DNA of 62,962 bases, filler included, from Aduncisulcus paluster (taxonomy: Eukaryota), in NCBI GenBank assembly GCA_024181965.1. It is 12 parts of 12 records of this genome, joined end to end, with 100 filler letters (N's around TTAATTAATTAA, not from the genome) between each part and the next. Parts side by side here need not be neighbours in the genome. Positions count along the whole stretch, not along the records: positions 24,186 to 34,590 come from BQXS01010166.1; positions 34,691 to 41,625 come from BQXS01010167.1; 10 more parts are not named here. One strand, written 5' to 3'. This document shows, piece after piece, positions 25,029-37,600 of the stretch. Made by a program: the position numbers and the translations under genes. Under the pieces are notes generated by a model. The model was not told the origin of the DNA and ran no database searches. It worked only from the letters and a program-made list of their open reading frames with translations. Position 1 is the first letter of the stretch; every line of letters begins with the position of its first letter.

Positions 25029-27350
25029 TTATCTTTTCGTAATCCTCTTACGGAGTTCTTTGATTGTCCTGACATGGTCTCTTGCCTCACGTTTCAACCG
25101 ATCGGACTCTGTCATGTTGTCCTCCATTGCCAAAGTATAAGCAGAGGTGAATCCCTTGAACACGAAGAACAACACTCCGAACACCAAGGAGATGATTCCC
25201 AGGATAATTGGGGAGAGCATGAACTCCAGGAGACCAAGCAGAGTCATGGTGCCAGATTCAATCGTGCCATCATCGAGTGTGGTCTTAACAGGAATACCAA
25301 TATCGACATTAGCCATGTAGTTGTACAGAGTCTGAGTGTATCCGACACCTGCGTGGGGACCACAGTTGACCTTGGCAGCAAGGGAGTAAGCGATGGGGAT
25401 GAGCATGATCAGGAACACAATAGCAGTGAGCACACTGAAGAATCTATTCAGTGCAGCTGCTCCCCAAGGCTTATCTTCTCTCCGGCAGAAATGCATAATC
25501 TCAACCTTACGCATGTAAAACACAAAGAAGTTGATAATGACAATAAAGACGGCCAGTCCAGGGGAGAATATGATACCCAAGGTACTCAAAACATATGTAT
25601 AGATGATCTGAACAGTAATAACGGACACCTTGAATGGATATTTGGGTAAACATCCAGTTCCCACGAGAAGGAGAGGAATACCATTGGAAAGGACCAACTG
25701 AACAAACATATCGACAACACACAGCTGCCATAACTGGGAACCAACGAGATTGGTGGAACAATAACGATATTTGACAGAGTTCTCCTCGGACATTGAGGAT
25801 CCGTCAAGAGTCTTTTTCAGATCGACAAGAACAGTGAACATGTTGACAAGTTTAATCAAGAGAGTGAAAAGGATTTCGTGGATAAGACGTGTAGAGTTGT
25901 ATTCAAGGACTTCAACCTTTGACACGATAGTTCTTACGATAACGGGTGCAATGGCATTCAGTAAAGTGATCATGTATGGAACAATTGAGGGTGACAACCA
26001 GGAAACTGTGTCGCTGAGATCTTGGAGATTAGTAATAAGGAAAATAAAACCGATAATAATACCAACAATTAAAACCAGAGCGAAAGAGTTGGCAAAGAAT
26101 TTCTTGAACTTGTATCCTTTTCCTTGATCCAATTTCCAGTTACTGATTCTAAGCTTGTTTGATCTTTCACTCAACTGACGGGTGATTCGTTCCTGTCCAA
26201 CTTTCACACCTTCGTCGCCAGTTTGTCTGTAATCCCATCCGGCAAAGAGTAATTCACTGATATTGGCTTCAATTCGGGCACGTCTACGCCGTTCAGACCG
26301 AGTGTGGCCGACGAGAGACCGTATTTTTTTGTTAACGCCATGTAAGATAGCACTTGAGCCATCAACTTTGAAAGAATTAGAAATTCCTCCAACGCACACA
26401 AAGAAAGCGACAACGATCATAATATAATATACAGCAACAAGGGCTAAATCCATTTTATAGGGTTTTCCTGCCAGGTTTCCGAGAGGAATTCCGTGGGCAC
26501 GAATAGGGAAAGAATAGTTCTCACGATAAGAACCGTAGAATAAAGAGGTATCAAGGATGGCACCAGATGGAGACATAAGACTCATGACTCCACTCTGAAC
26601 AAGGGCAGTGAGGAGAAGAGGGAAGGAATTGGTCAAAAAGGCGGGGATCATCACAAACATGATATAAAGGATTGCACCAAATAAATTGATGGTAAAAATA
26701 GAACGGAAGAAACGGAAGGCAGCACCTTCTCCGGTTCCGAATCGAGCTTCAATGTCTCGAATACTATTTCTGAACAAAGTATTGCCTTCAGTCCGTCTTC
26801 CAGCATTTTGAGTGGCATCACGAACATCTGCCATCGTTTTGCTTAGCCATGCTTGAAATTCTTTTTTCCCTTTGGCGTTTTCACGCTGATCAGCAATTGC
26901 TTGCTGATTCAAAACGATTGTTGGGTTGACAGCCTGAATTAGAGCTGCCAATTGTCTAAGAAATACAGAACTATCCGTTTTCTTGAAGGCTAACCCGTGT
27001 CGTTCACATTGACGAACAACTTGTTTACACTCTTCGAAGAATTCAGCCTTTTTGGTTTCTTGATCCATAGTCATGGACGTCTCCTCGGTACTTAACTCTT
27101 CACGATGACGATCACGCTTGATAGTGCTACATATGGTCGCGTCAGGGGCTTCAATATCGATGGTTGGAGCTTTTACAGACAAGGCAACAGATTTTAACAT
27201 ATAAACATCAGAAGCTTCAGAATCACCGTGTCTGCTTGAATGAGTAGTGGGAACTTCCAAAAAGCCTCTTTCTGCCATTGTGGATGCATCATCAATAATT
27301 TCTGGAGAGGGAGAATTATCTCGGTTGTTCTTTCTTGAAAATAAACCCAT
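25029..27350 (-). CDS. transmembrane channel-like (TMC) family protein A
   Basis: IEARFGTG..AFRFFRSIFTIN, LFYGSY, PYKMDLA, LFAGWDY, CSTNLVGSQLWQL..D and CGPH correspond to TMC motifs (IEGxFG..YFxFLR, LFYGxY, FxxWDY, CWExxVGQE, CGPF); about 10 TM. Confidence 0.85.
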   Translation of the reverse strand: MGLFSRKNNRDNSPSPEIIDDASTMAERGFLEVPTTHSSRHGDSEASDVYMLKSVALSVKAPTIDIEAPDATICSTIKRDRHREELSTEETSMTMDQETKKAEFFEECKQVVRQCERHGLAFKKTDSSVFLRQLAALIQAVNPTIVLNQQAIADQRENAKGKKEFQAWLSKTMADVRDATQNAGRRTEGNTLFRNSIRDIEARFGTGEGAAFRFFRSIFTINLFGAILYIMFVMIPAFLTNSFPLLLTALVQSGVMSLMSPSGAILDTSLFYGSYRENYSFPIRAHGIPLGNLAGKPYKMDLALVAVYYIMIVVAFFVCVGGISNSFKVDGSSAILHGVNKKIRSLVGHTRSERRRRARIEANISELLFAGWDYRQTGDEGVKVGQERITRQLSERSNKLRISNWKLDQGKGYKFKKFFANSFALVLIVGIIIGFIFLITNLQDLSDTVSWLSPSIVPYMITLLNAIAPVIVRTIVSKVEVLEYNSTRLIHEILFTLLIKLVNMFTVLVDLKKTLDGSSMSEENSVKYRYCSTNLVGSQLWQLCVVDMFVQLVLSNGIPLLLVGTGCLPKYPFKVSVITVQIIYTYVLSTLGIIFSPGLAVFIVIINFFVFYMRKVEIMHFCRREDKPWGAAALNRFFSVLTAIVFLIMLIPIAYSLAAKVNCGPHAGVGYTQTLYNYMANVDIGIPVKTTLDDGTIESGTMTLLGLLEFMLSPIILGIISLVFGVLFFVFKGFTSAYTLAMEDNMTESDRLKREARDHVRTIKELRKRITKR

Positions 27351-27615
27351 GTATATTCAAAAAAATAATAAATATGTCTTTAATACAATAATTACACCAG
27401 AAAGGGTTTGAGATTAGTCTGATTGTAACGAAAACAGCAGGGGATCCTTCTCGCGAGGAAATTGGTCCGAAAAATGTGGTAAACCCCGATGAATTAACAT
27501 AGAATAAACCTAAAAACCCATGTTTATTTAAAAAATTCTGCTCTTTTTTACTTTTTTTATGGTACATGCTTGAATCCGAACATGGGTCGAACTGATCAGA
27601 TTCTTTCGCATGAAA

Positions 27616-28441
27616 AGAAACCTTGAGACCTCATGAAATGATTGTGATTTTAGTGTTTTATTCGATGACTCAAAGCAATACCTCCCAAATAACAATTTGG
27701 TCACGATGCTCGGTCTCTCTCTGCCAGAGCCGTGCTCAGGTAGGGAGATGATGGAGAGATGTGTTCGTCGACATAGGGAGGCCCTGGATTCATTATTCCC
27801 TCGATTAATGTTGAGGCCAATCTATGAACTGCAGTGTTGTTTTGGACAGTATCTTCTTTTCGAGGGGAAGAGTATATGCGATTTATTCGTTTCCTGTCCA
27901 AATAGCACATGGCTAGTAAATAACAATGTGGTAGTCATCTACCAACATGATGTTGTCAAACATTGACAATCAGTTCTGAGATCTCGGCCCTATTCTTTGC
28001 GTGAATTTTTTGGATATCNNNNNNNNNNNNNNNNNNNNAGAAACCTTGAGACCTCATGAAATGATTGTGATTTTAGTGTTTTATTCGATGACTCAAAGCA
28101 ATACCTCCCAAATAACAATTTGGTCACGATGCTCGGTCTCTCTCTGCCAGAGCCGTGCTCAGGTAGGGAGATGATGGAGAGATGTGTTCGTCGACATAGG
28201 GAGGCCCTGGATTCATTATTCCCTCGATTAATGTTGAGGCCAATCTATGAACTGCAGTGTTGTTTTGGACAGTATCTTCTTTTCGAGGGGAAGAGTATAT
28301 GCGATTTATTCGTTTCCTGTCCAAATAGCACATGGCTAGTAAATAACAATTTGGTAGTCATCTACCAACATGATGTTGTCAAACATTGACAATCAGTTCT
28401 GAGATCTCGGCCCTATTCTTTGCGTGAATTTTTTGGATATC
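27616..28441. repeat. gap-flanking duplication (27616-28018 vs 28039-28441), one substitution
   Basis: Offset 423; AATGTGG vs AATTTGG. Confidence 0.9.
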
Positions 28442-28587
28442 TATCTAGAAATTATCGGTACAATTTGACAATTTTTTTAATCTTTGATTTTTTCAAAACT
28501 GGTTAGTTTGCACATTGGTGAAATCATTCCATTTTTCAATCAATTTAGGTTTCCAGTTTTATTTATCCTAGAAAAGAAAAATAACTT

Positions 28588-30747
28588 ATGTTTAAGAATT
28601 GGATATCTTCCTTTTTTAAGAAGCCAAATAAGCCATTATCAAGAGAAGATCATGTTGGGTTTCCACATGAATCTGATCATAGTTCAACAACTTCTATTCG
28701 AGATCACAGTCATAAACCGAATACCACGCGTCATGTTAGTCAATTTCAATACAGACATCACTCACTCTCTCGCCATTCCGATGAAAAAATATTACATTCC
28801 ATTCATGAAGCTCCTTTTGGATCCAAAGATCCATCGCCGCATTCCTTTGGTTTTGCTTCTCCATTGACACCTCCAATATCATCTTGTGCTATGGTTCCAA
28901 CTCGCATCACTCCTCAAAGTGTCCCAAAGATACTCTCACCCTCTTCAAGAATATATTCACGACCTTTACCAATGATGCATCAATCTCCAGACAGTTATTA
29001 CGGATCTCTCCCTCATTCTGATGTATCATCCGCTAAACCGATATTATCATTTAGCCACACACCTTCTGGTTACCATAATCCCATGATGAGTATCTCTCCT
29101 CAGCCTCATCAAAGAGGATGGTTCGATAACATGGCGTGGGGATTTACAAAAGGATTTGCTGCTTTTACTGGTATTAACTTGCAGTCTCCAGATATCAAGT
29201 TGTCAAAATACAATCTCCAACAACAAGAGAGTTTTGCATCTGGAACGGCTGATTTTCGAGCTGCTGAGAAACAACGAAAGAAGACTTTTATTGAACGAAT
29301 CACAATGAGTCCCAAGGCCATTAAACTAACTCCTTCTGATTTACAGCATATCACTCTTGATCTTCAAGCTGCAGATACCGAATACCAATTCCGAGGACGT
29401 GTATCATTTTGTGGGTCATCGCTAGCTGATCTTGGCGAGGTGTATGGACATGGGGTTCGATATTACTTTTTTTTCCTCAGATTTCTGGCATTTTGTAATT
29501 TTATTCAATTTATGTTTAATTTCATCCCAATCATCAATTACTTTACTGCTCGTAAGAACGAATCCCTTGACACCCCTCCATTGACAGAGTTGATATTCTG
29601 GGCACCTTCTACTTTCCCCCATGTATTTAAGTCTTGGAGAGTGAGTAGTTTGTTGTGTATTATTCTTTGGTTCGTTAGTGGTTTCATATATGGATTAGTC
29701 CTTGGAAAGTACAAGGCCAAAGTCCTGGATGAAGATAAGCAGGCAAAGATTGAACACATCAGAGACCTTGTTGGTGATGATATTGAGATATTCGACATTG
29801 ATGCCTTTAAATTTGACGAGGGAGACGACCAGTCTGACCCCTATCTTGCTGGTCAAGAGGGTTTATCGTTGTCTGATGAAAGGCCCGAGAATTCTGGAAT
29901 TGAAGGGATTGAGAAGTTTATTCGATACATGTCATCATGGTTGATATTTCTTGTGTGTCTCGCTCTTTCCGTTGTTATATTATTTTATTTACATAGAATC
30001 CCAAGGACCAATCATGTTACTCTTGATAAAATGATGCCCTTCATTGTAACACTTACTATTGCTATTCTCAATGCCGTGTATAAACTGGTGGGAAAAATAC
30101 TGTCAGACAAATTGGAGAGAAGGCCATCATGGAGTTCGACAAGAAAGAGTGCTCTCATCAAGACATTTACTTTCAAAATGATTAATCTTATGGCTCTGTA
30201 TGCTATTTCAGGTCTTGTGAGTTCCTCGGACTCAAACACTGTTCCCACTTGTCCACTCACTTCCACAGGGCAACAGTTTACGACTGTTATTCTGATGGAT
30301 CTATGTTTGTTTAATCCCATCGAAATCCTTGTTCCTTTGTTATTGTATTTCATATTCAAGAAGGTCGGAGGGTCAAATAAGACTGATGAGGAACTTCGGA
30401 CAAAGTGGGATCAATCTGATGAATATCTTGAATTGTTTTATCGACTTTCTCAAACCTATTTTGGGACTTTAGGATCTCCGTTTATTGCATTGCTTGCTCT
30501 TGTCACTAATTTGTTTGAGATTGGAATTGACAAAGTTAGGCTTTTGTATATCAATCGAGTCCCCAAACGATTGATGAGCAGCATGAAAAACTTTATTATT
30601 TTCTACATGTTTATTATCGCTCTGTGTGCCCTCCTTTCTTACCCTAATGGATCTTTGATAGCTCTTGTGAATCTCTGGAATCCAAAGGAAGTATATCAGG
30701 GGTTTTCCTTCTTTGAAAGAGGGGATTATCAATATTGTTGGGAATGA
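28588..30747 (+). CDS. TMC-like family protein B (divergent)
   Basis: LGEVYGHGVRYYFFFLRFLAFCN, LERRPSW, CPLTSTGQQF..ILMD, WDQSDEYLELFY; multi-TM layout parallels protein A. Confidence 0.7.
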   Translation: MFKNWISSFFKKPNKPLSREDHVGFPHESDHSSTTSIRDHSHKPNTTRHVSQFQYRHHSLSRHSDEKILHSIHEAPFGSKDPSPHSFGFASPLTPPISSCAMVPTRITPQSVPKILSPSSRIYSRPLPMMHQSPDSYYGSLPHSDVSSAKPILSFSHTPSGYHNPMMSISPQPHQRGWFDNMAWGFTKGFAAFTGINLQSPDIKLSKYNLQQQESFASGTADFRAAEKQRKKTFIERITMSPKAIKLTPSDLQHITLDLQAADTEYQFRGRVSFCGSSLADLGEVYGHGVRYYFFFLRFLAFCNFIQFMFNFIPIINYFTARKNESLDTPPLTELIFWAPSTFPHVFKSWRVSSLLCIILWFVSGFIYGLVLGKYKAKVLDEDKQAKIEHIRDLVGDDIEIFDIDAFKFDEGDDQSDPYLAGQEGLSLSDERPENSGIEGIEKFIRYMSSWLIFLVCLALSVVILFYLHRIPRTNHVTLDKMMPFIVTLTIAILNAVYKLVGKILSDKLERRPSWSSTRKSALIKTFTFKMINLMALYAISGLVSSSDSNTVPTCPLTSTGQQFTTVILMDLCLFNPIEILVPLLLYFIFKKVGGSNKTDEELRTKWDQSDEYLELFYRLSQTYFGTLGSPFIALLALVTNLFEIGIDKVRLLYINRVPKRLMSSMKNFIIFYMFIIALCALLSYPNGSLIALVNLWNPKEVYQGFSFFERGDYQYCWE

Positions 30748-30765
30748 GAGAATGTTTATTTCTAT

Positions 30766-32080
30766 TTATTTCTTTAATGCGAATCCAAGACTGAGAAGGG
30801 AAAGATTATCTTTTTCTTCCTTAGATTTCTTCAGAGTTCTCCTCTTCATTCCTTTCGCTGAACTTGCTGAAGATGTTACAGCGGATGAAGAGAGAGTTAT
30901 TTTCTCCTTTGGGGGAAATATATATTCATACCGTATGTGATTATCAATGCAAAGCTTGAGAACATACTTCCTGGGAAAATGATGAGCAATAAAACGAACA
31001 CTCGTGATTTGAATGGCTTCTTTCTGAAGATCCTTGGATTCTGGTTGACTTTCATGGACAGATATGGCTTTGCTATATATTAATTTAACTGTTTCGTAGG
31101 CTTTGCTTGGTGAGAATCGATAGAATTTAAGTTCTTCAACTTCTCGAATTTCACAAAACAAATTGAAAATGGTTGGATCAAGAAGCTCAAATGATTGTTT
31201 AATGCCATCTTTACAGTCGGAAAACTTTGGTAACTCACATATATCGGAAATTATTGAAGTTAAGGGAAGGAATTTGGTCTCAGGAAGATGTTCATCGAAT
31301 CCAAGTTTTCCTATTGTTGAAGCAGTCGCTATATGGAAGACTTTTTCTTTTTTAGCACATGTCGCTAGAATGGCTTGAGCTTCTTTGCTTTGNNNNNNNN
31401 NNNNNNNNNNNNTGACTTTCATGGACAGATATGGCTTTGCTATATATTAATTTAACTGTTTCGTAGGCTTTGCTTGGTGAGAATCGATAGAATTTAAGTT
31501 CTTCAACTTCTCGAATTTCACAAAACAAATTGAAAATGGTTGGATCAAGAAGCTCAAATGATTGTTTAATGCCATCTTTACAGTCGGAAAACTTTGGTAA
31601 CTCACATATATCGGAAATTATTGAAGTTAAGGGAAGGAATTTGGTCTCAGGAAGATGTTCATCGAATCCAAGTTTTCCTATTGTTGAAGCAGTCGCTTTA
31701 TGGAAGACTTTTTCTTTTTTAGCACATGTCGCTAGAATGGCTTGAGCTTCTTTGCTTTGAGATGAGAATAACTCCTCAAACCATGAGACAAGATAAGGGA
31801 ATATGGAAGATCTCACACAAAGTACTGGCCTCCCATCAATTGCTATTTCTGAACTAGTTAATAAACACCCATACTTTAAATGAATTTGAGAAAATTCAAA
31901 CAAGGGGAAATCACCTTTTAGGAAACTTGATTGGACATCGTCATCTTCTGATTTTTTTGAAGATAATGGCAAGGCTACTTGAATAGATTCACCTGATATT
32001 GAACTTGGTAAGTGGTGTAACTGAAATCCAGCATCAAATAGCCAATTGGGGCCAATAATTACTCTCTTGCTTTTTTCCAT
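30766..32080 (-). CDS. probable RNase H2 subunit B (Ydr279-like); split by a gap duplication, about 315 aa when collapsed
   Basis: LFEF..IDG..IFPYL core, FYRFSxxK motif and basic C-terminus ending in a PIP-like LLSLGF..KK; the layout resembles RNASEH2B. Confidence 0.5.
31046..31759. repeat. gap-flanking duplication (31046-31392 vs 31413-31759), one substitution
   Basis: Offset 367; CGCTATATG vs CGCTTTATG (I/K). Confidence 0.9.
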
Positions 32081-32362
32081 TGGTGTCTTGAATAAATAAA
32101 TGGATGTTAGATATCACTGAATATTATATTCCAAGAAACCACCACTCAAAAAATAATTAAATGGCTAGAACCTCCCAAAAAGGTGATTATTTTGTATCAC
32201 TGGAAAATATTCTGTATATATATTTAAAATATAGGGTAGTATGATTTAATTATGAAGAAAATATGCATAAATTCAATTATAATAATTGAAAGGGCATGAT
32301 AGAAATATTTTTGATTTTTTGGCAAAATACCAACAAAAAACAGCATCGTTTCCGATAGAAAC

Positions 32363-34590
32363 ATGCATAAAAGACATATATATATTCAAAGAGAACCCGA
32401 TTCTCGTAGAACTAGAATCGATAGATCAAAAATGGGACAAATCCCCCCAACCGAGACACCCCCTCAATTAAAGAAGGCCAGAAATAGGAAAATGGCTGAA
32501 GTTTTATCTGGACCTCATAGAAGGAAGAGAAAGACTCGATATGACCGTCATATTGAAACCCAGGCTATAATTGCAGAATCTCGTGATCCTAGAGTTAGAA
32601 TTCATGGAGTCACTCCAAAAATTCCACCTCCATATTATGTTCTTGACCGGTCTGAAAGTGATGGACATACCCCTCGCTCTTCTTCGAACGATCGTGAAGG
32701 ATTGGCTGATTTTATGCAAAGACTTGAGCAACGAAACACTACAATTCAACATGGACATGTAGGAGGTATTCAAGAATCACAAAAACGTAGAGTAGAGTCA
32801 GATATTATGAGCTATGATAGGTATTCCGACCATCATATGTTAGACCACCATAAACATTCTATCCGAGATAAAGGCCGGGTATACCATGAAGATATGGTTG
32901 ATGAAGATTATTTAGCTCATTTAGGTCGTAGAGAACCCAGAAGGAAAAGTGATAAGTCGAAGAAGAATCATCGCCGTCATTCCACCCACAAAAACACTTT
33001 ATTCTTCCTTTCTTCTCTCAGCTTAGATACAAAACTTGACTTAACTCAACGTTTACTCGGTGAGAAAATGAAATCGAAAAGTACATCCACTCATGCTCCA
33101 ATCTCTACTTCAACTATCTCAAGGCCACCTTCTGAGCCTATTTCCAAGATGCATCCTTCCAAAACAATGAAAGAGCGTGAATCTAAAGTTCTCCCATCGT
33201 CTGTTTTGCCTGCTCAATTCTCTCATACTTTTCCCAAACAACATGTTACAACAAAACAACCTGAGCATCCTGGAGATAATGCTGATGATAGTGGAATCTC
33301 TGTGTCTGTTTCCATTCAACCTTGTTCCACTGAAGATCCCTTGAGTGAAGCCATGATGAGTAGTGGGATGCTTGGTCCGATGACGGAAGGAATGGAAGAG
33401 AGGATTCGTGAGGAAAGGGTGAGAAAGAGGGATGAAAAGCGAAGAAGACACGTAGATGCTGGCATTATTAGTCGAGAATTGGAAGAGATTGAGGATATGG
33501 TCGGTACAGGAACTCATTCGACGACTCTATCGAAAGATATTGACTACATTAGACAAGAAGTCAATGGATTTCCTCTTTCATTGAGAAATGTTGAGGTCTA
33601 CGTGCCTCAAGCAAGACTTCCGCATAAGGATGATGATGAAGCTGATGGAGTGGCCATAAATATTCATTCACAGCCGCAAGATACCGTTCATCAAGGACCA
33701 TCTGCCCCGTTGAGAACCCTTGAGAGGATAGCAAAGCCTAGTTCCAGTCTCAAAGACATGCTGGTCCCTCTTGTTGGTCGTCTCTCGCAATATACGGATG
33801 GGATCCCTCTCCTCGAACGTGTTCTGTCTTCACTCGAGGAGTGTGCTGAGGCCAAGATACCTGAATTATTTTCGTTGGTAAACTTATGTCTCGGTCATGA
33901 CGCACTTCCCCAAGAAGCTCAAGAGGAGCAGGAGAAACAACAGTTTGATTCACAGAGTGGCGTCGAAGATTTTATGATTGAATCTTTCTCTCTGCAGATT
34001 CCTTATAAAAGCTCTTCACAGGTCCAAACCCCAAATACTCCATCGGGTGGTAATTTTTCACATTCCCATACTCCCTCGTTGTTTAGCGCCGATGGAATGG
34101 CCTGCCCTTTCATTGCTGACGGTCTTAACACAGTGAAACAACCTCAACGGGGCTCTGAAAGGATATGTTCATCCAAGGATGACCAAGTTGACCTTGGTGG
34201 GGGTGGAAAAGGTGAAGAGCAAGGTCAGAATACTGTCAAGACTGGTGCAACAATCATATCTAGGAGTCCCGTTACCCCCAGTGGACGTGGAATGATATCA
34301 CCCACTCACGCTCATTCGGCGGAAGATGTTATTGATGTGCTTAGTGGCGATGCCTTGAAAGACGAGTCTGCTTCTTTGGACAAAGGAAAGGAAGAAGAGG
34401 AGGATGCTGACAATAGTGGAGGAGGAGTAAGAAGAGCTCTGCAGTTCAATAGTGAAAGTGGAGGATTGTCCAGTGGAGGGGCTGTTGATTGTCCAGTTCT
34501 TCCGTATAGCGATATTCCAGATGCTCTTCCTGTTGATGTGTGTGGGAATCGTGAAACTCAATGCATTGATAATGTACATACCAATGATGG
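32363..34590 (+). CDS. hypothetical low-complexity, probably disordered protein (3' partial)
   Basis: ORF of about 740 codons, basic/His-rich N-terminus, runs into the spacer. Confidence 0.7.
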
Positions 34591-34690
34591 NNNNNNNNNN
34601 NNNNNNNNNNNNNNNNNNNNNNNNNNNNNNNNNNTTAATTAATTAANNNNNNNNNNNNNNNNNNNNNNNNNNNNNNNNNNNNNNNNNNNN

Positions 34691-37600
34691 TCTTCTTTCT
34701 TGTAATTATACTTGCTATTGGATCGCCATCAGAACCAAGAGTCGAGGAAATATCTTGAGGGAGCTGAGGAATGGATCTAACACTTTCTCCATGATAAGTG
34801 TCATCTGGAACAACGACGGTGTCCTCACAATAACCATCAATCCTATCTTCCACAGCACTACTCTGAATTGTACTGCTCTGACTTGCACCATATTCGCCCA
34901 TTGGAATGTATGCAAACTCATCCAATGTGGGGTCAACATCAGGTTTGGCTTGAAACGTCGATTTGAAATAAGAAGGCGGATTATCAACAATTTGATGTTT
35001 TTCTTCTTCAACAACTCTCGTGTCGATCGCTATCTTTTCTTCCTTCATCGGTAAACTGAATGCATTTTCTGATTGTGAATACATTGGAAGTGGGTTAGAC
35101 GCATCCTCTACCATATCTGACTGAGTAGGAGGATAATCCTGCATTTCTCCTGGAGGTATCAGTGTTTTAGAGAGTTGAACAGGATATATAGACCGAGATG
35201 GACCAGTTTCAAGTGGATGAGGAGGAACAATGGTTGATTGGACGGAACAAGGATGATTTGCTCGAGTCTCTTTCCCATCGTTCAACCCCGTATTCTCTTT
35301 CTTCTGACGGTAGAACAGAATAATACCAATCACACCAACACCAATACAAATTAGCATGACAAAAATAAGGAAAATAATGAGCCCAATTCGATGATTCAGT
35401 TCTTCTGAGCACTGAGTTCCTAACCATTCGTCTTCACAAATGCACAAATATCCGGCACTTTGTTCATCATATCCACAGAATCCATGCCCTGAACATATGG
35501 TCACAGTGGACTGTGAAACACCACAAACATCCAAAGAACACGGAATTGAGATTTCATTTTCACTTGTGTTCCACCCATATGCACACTTACACATCGCAGC
35601 AGAAGAAGATTCATCAATCACGCAGGATCCGTTGCTATTATCTTGTCCACAACCAACGCAAGCAAATGAATTTCCAACAATAGAACTATACAAGGGATGG
35701 GTCGCAGGATCAATACAGGTTCCTAATGTCGAATCGAGAGCAAGTCCATGGGATGCACAATCGCAAGTATACGTTTCCTCATTAATATATTGAGAATAAT
35801 CACCATTGTTGGAAGAAGAATAATCTTTCCCACAAACAAAATCATTACTTTCCCCAGAAGAAATGATAGTTTCAACAGGATAAAGCGAACTGCAATCTGA
35901 ACCATACCATCCATCATCACATTCACAGCCAGAAAGTGGGGTTAAATCATCCAAATCATACACAACAGTGCATAATCCGTGTGAACTGCATTGAACTTGA
36001 CTCTCACAGTATAATTGGCACGCTGGACCCATAAAACTATTCTTACACACACAGACATGCTCAGTAATTTCACAATATCCATGTGTGTTGCCCCCACAAA
36101 CAAGAGATGATCCATTGGACTCCACCATTGGACATGCAGATGCACATTCTTCACCATACCATCCATCATGACACACACAAGAAACAGTATCATCAGTACC
36201 TTCAACACACGTTCCTCGAGAAGCACCACAACCGAGACAATCCAGACGATCCTCGACAAACTCACATGAATCTGATTCCGAGCTTAAGAAACTATCTCCT
36301 CGACAATCACAGTATTCCTGAGAGTCAATAACAACACAAATTTCATTGCTCTCAGTGTCACATATCGATTCATCGCATAACATCACAGTCTGTGAAGCTA
36401 TGGATAATTCAGACATTGCTAAGACACGATTACTGACAGAGATATCTATATCATTCAGGAGCTCAGTACAATCAGATAGAGAACAGAAATGATTGTCATC
36501 AAGATACAAAAATAACAACTCATCCAACTCGAGTATCATTGCCCCAATGAAAGAAATATCACTAAAATCATTGCCAGAAAGATCAAGGAAGACAAGGTTT
36601 GAGAATGAGGGTTGGATGTAAATAAAGGAGGGATCAGTGAGTCCGTTATTCGAAAGAACGACCTTCTGAAGCGTATCAGCAAGTGAAAATGGTCCACTTG
36701 GACATGATCCAACACATTTTGAAAGATAGTTTAACAATGTAAGGAAATCCCTCTCATCTGTGCTGGATGGAGCAATAGCTGGACTATTTGAGATATACAA
36801 GGCCTGCAATGAGCACAAACCAACACAAATAGAAGAAGAGAAGCTTGAAATATTATTTCCTGCCTCCGTGACCATAATTTCGACAACATCAACAATTGTG
36901 GAAATGTTGTCGGTCGTAGTTCCCTCGGGCATTGAGAGAGAGATCAGATTCGAAAGAGATGCAACAAGAGAGAAGTCCTCCAATGCCGACTCGGTTTCGA
37001 ATGAGAGCGATTCAAGCATTTCACAATACTGAATTCCCTCAAGAGATGTCACCTCAGCTGGAATGGTTAACTCAGATATCAGCCCAAGATCTGACACAAG
37101 TAACTGTGATAAAAGATTCTCAGAATCTCCAATACACGCCACTCTATTTTTAGCTTCACAGAGAACAAGCAACATTTCCTCAGAAATATCTGCGATTGAT
37201 GATACATATTGTTCCTCAAACGAACATAATGATCCAGTGTATCCCGAGGGACATTCACAGGAGTGAGAAGAAATATTACAATCAAAACCTCCACATATTT
37301 GCCCCGAGGTATCGTATGGACATGATTCAGAACAATCATCCCCATACCACCTATCTGCACACTTCAATTGGATCATTTCAGAATTGTTATATGTAGAAAT
37401 ACAATCATAACGAGGGTTAAGACAAGAGATCGAGAGATTATTATCCATTCCATCAGGAAACTCTTCACAAGTAATGCCAAATTCACCAACAATCCGAACA
37501 GAGTCACCAGAACAACCAAGATCCACAATCAACTCCTCAGATTCAGAATCAATTCCAATAACTCGACATATTTCCCTTTCAGTCACCGGATTCGGACAGG

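Noticed and set aside
24999-26127. Antisense ORFs such as 24999-25649 and the many 60-140 aa shadow ORFs
   Set aside because: They overlap well-supported genes on the opposite strand or in another frame and show no motifs
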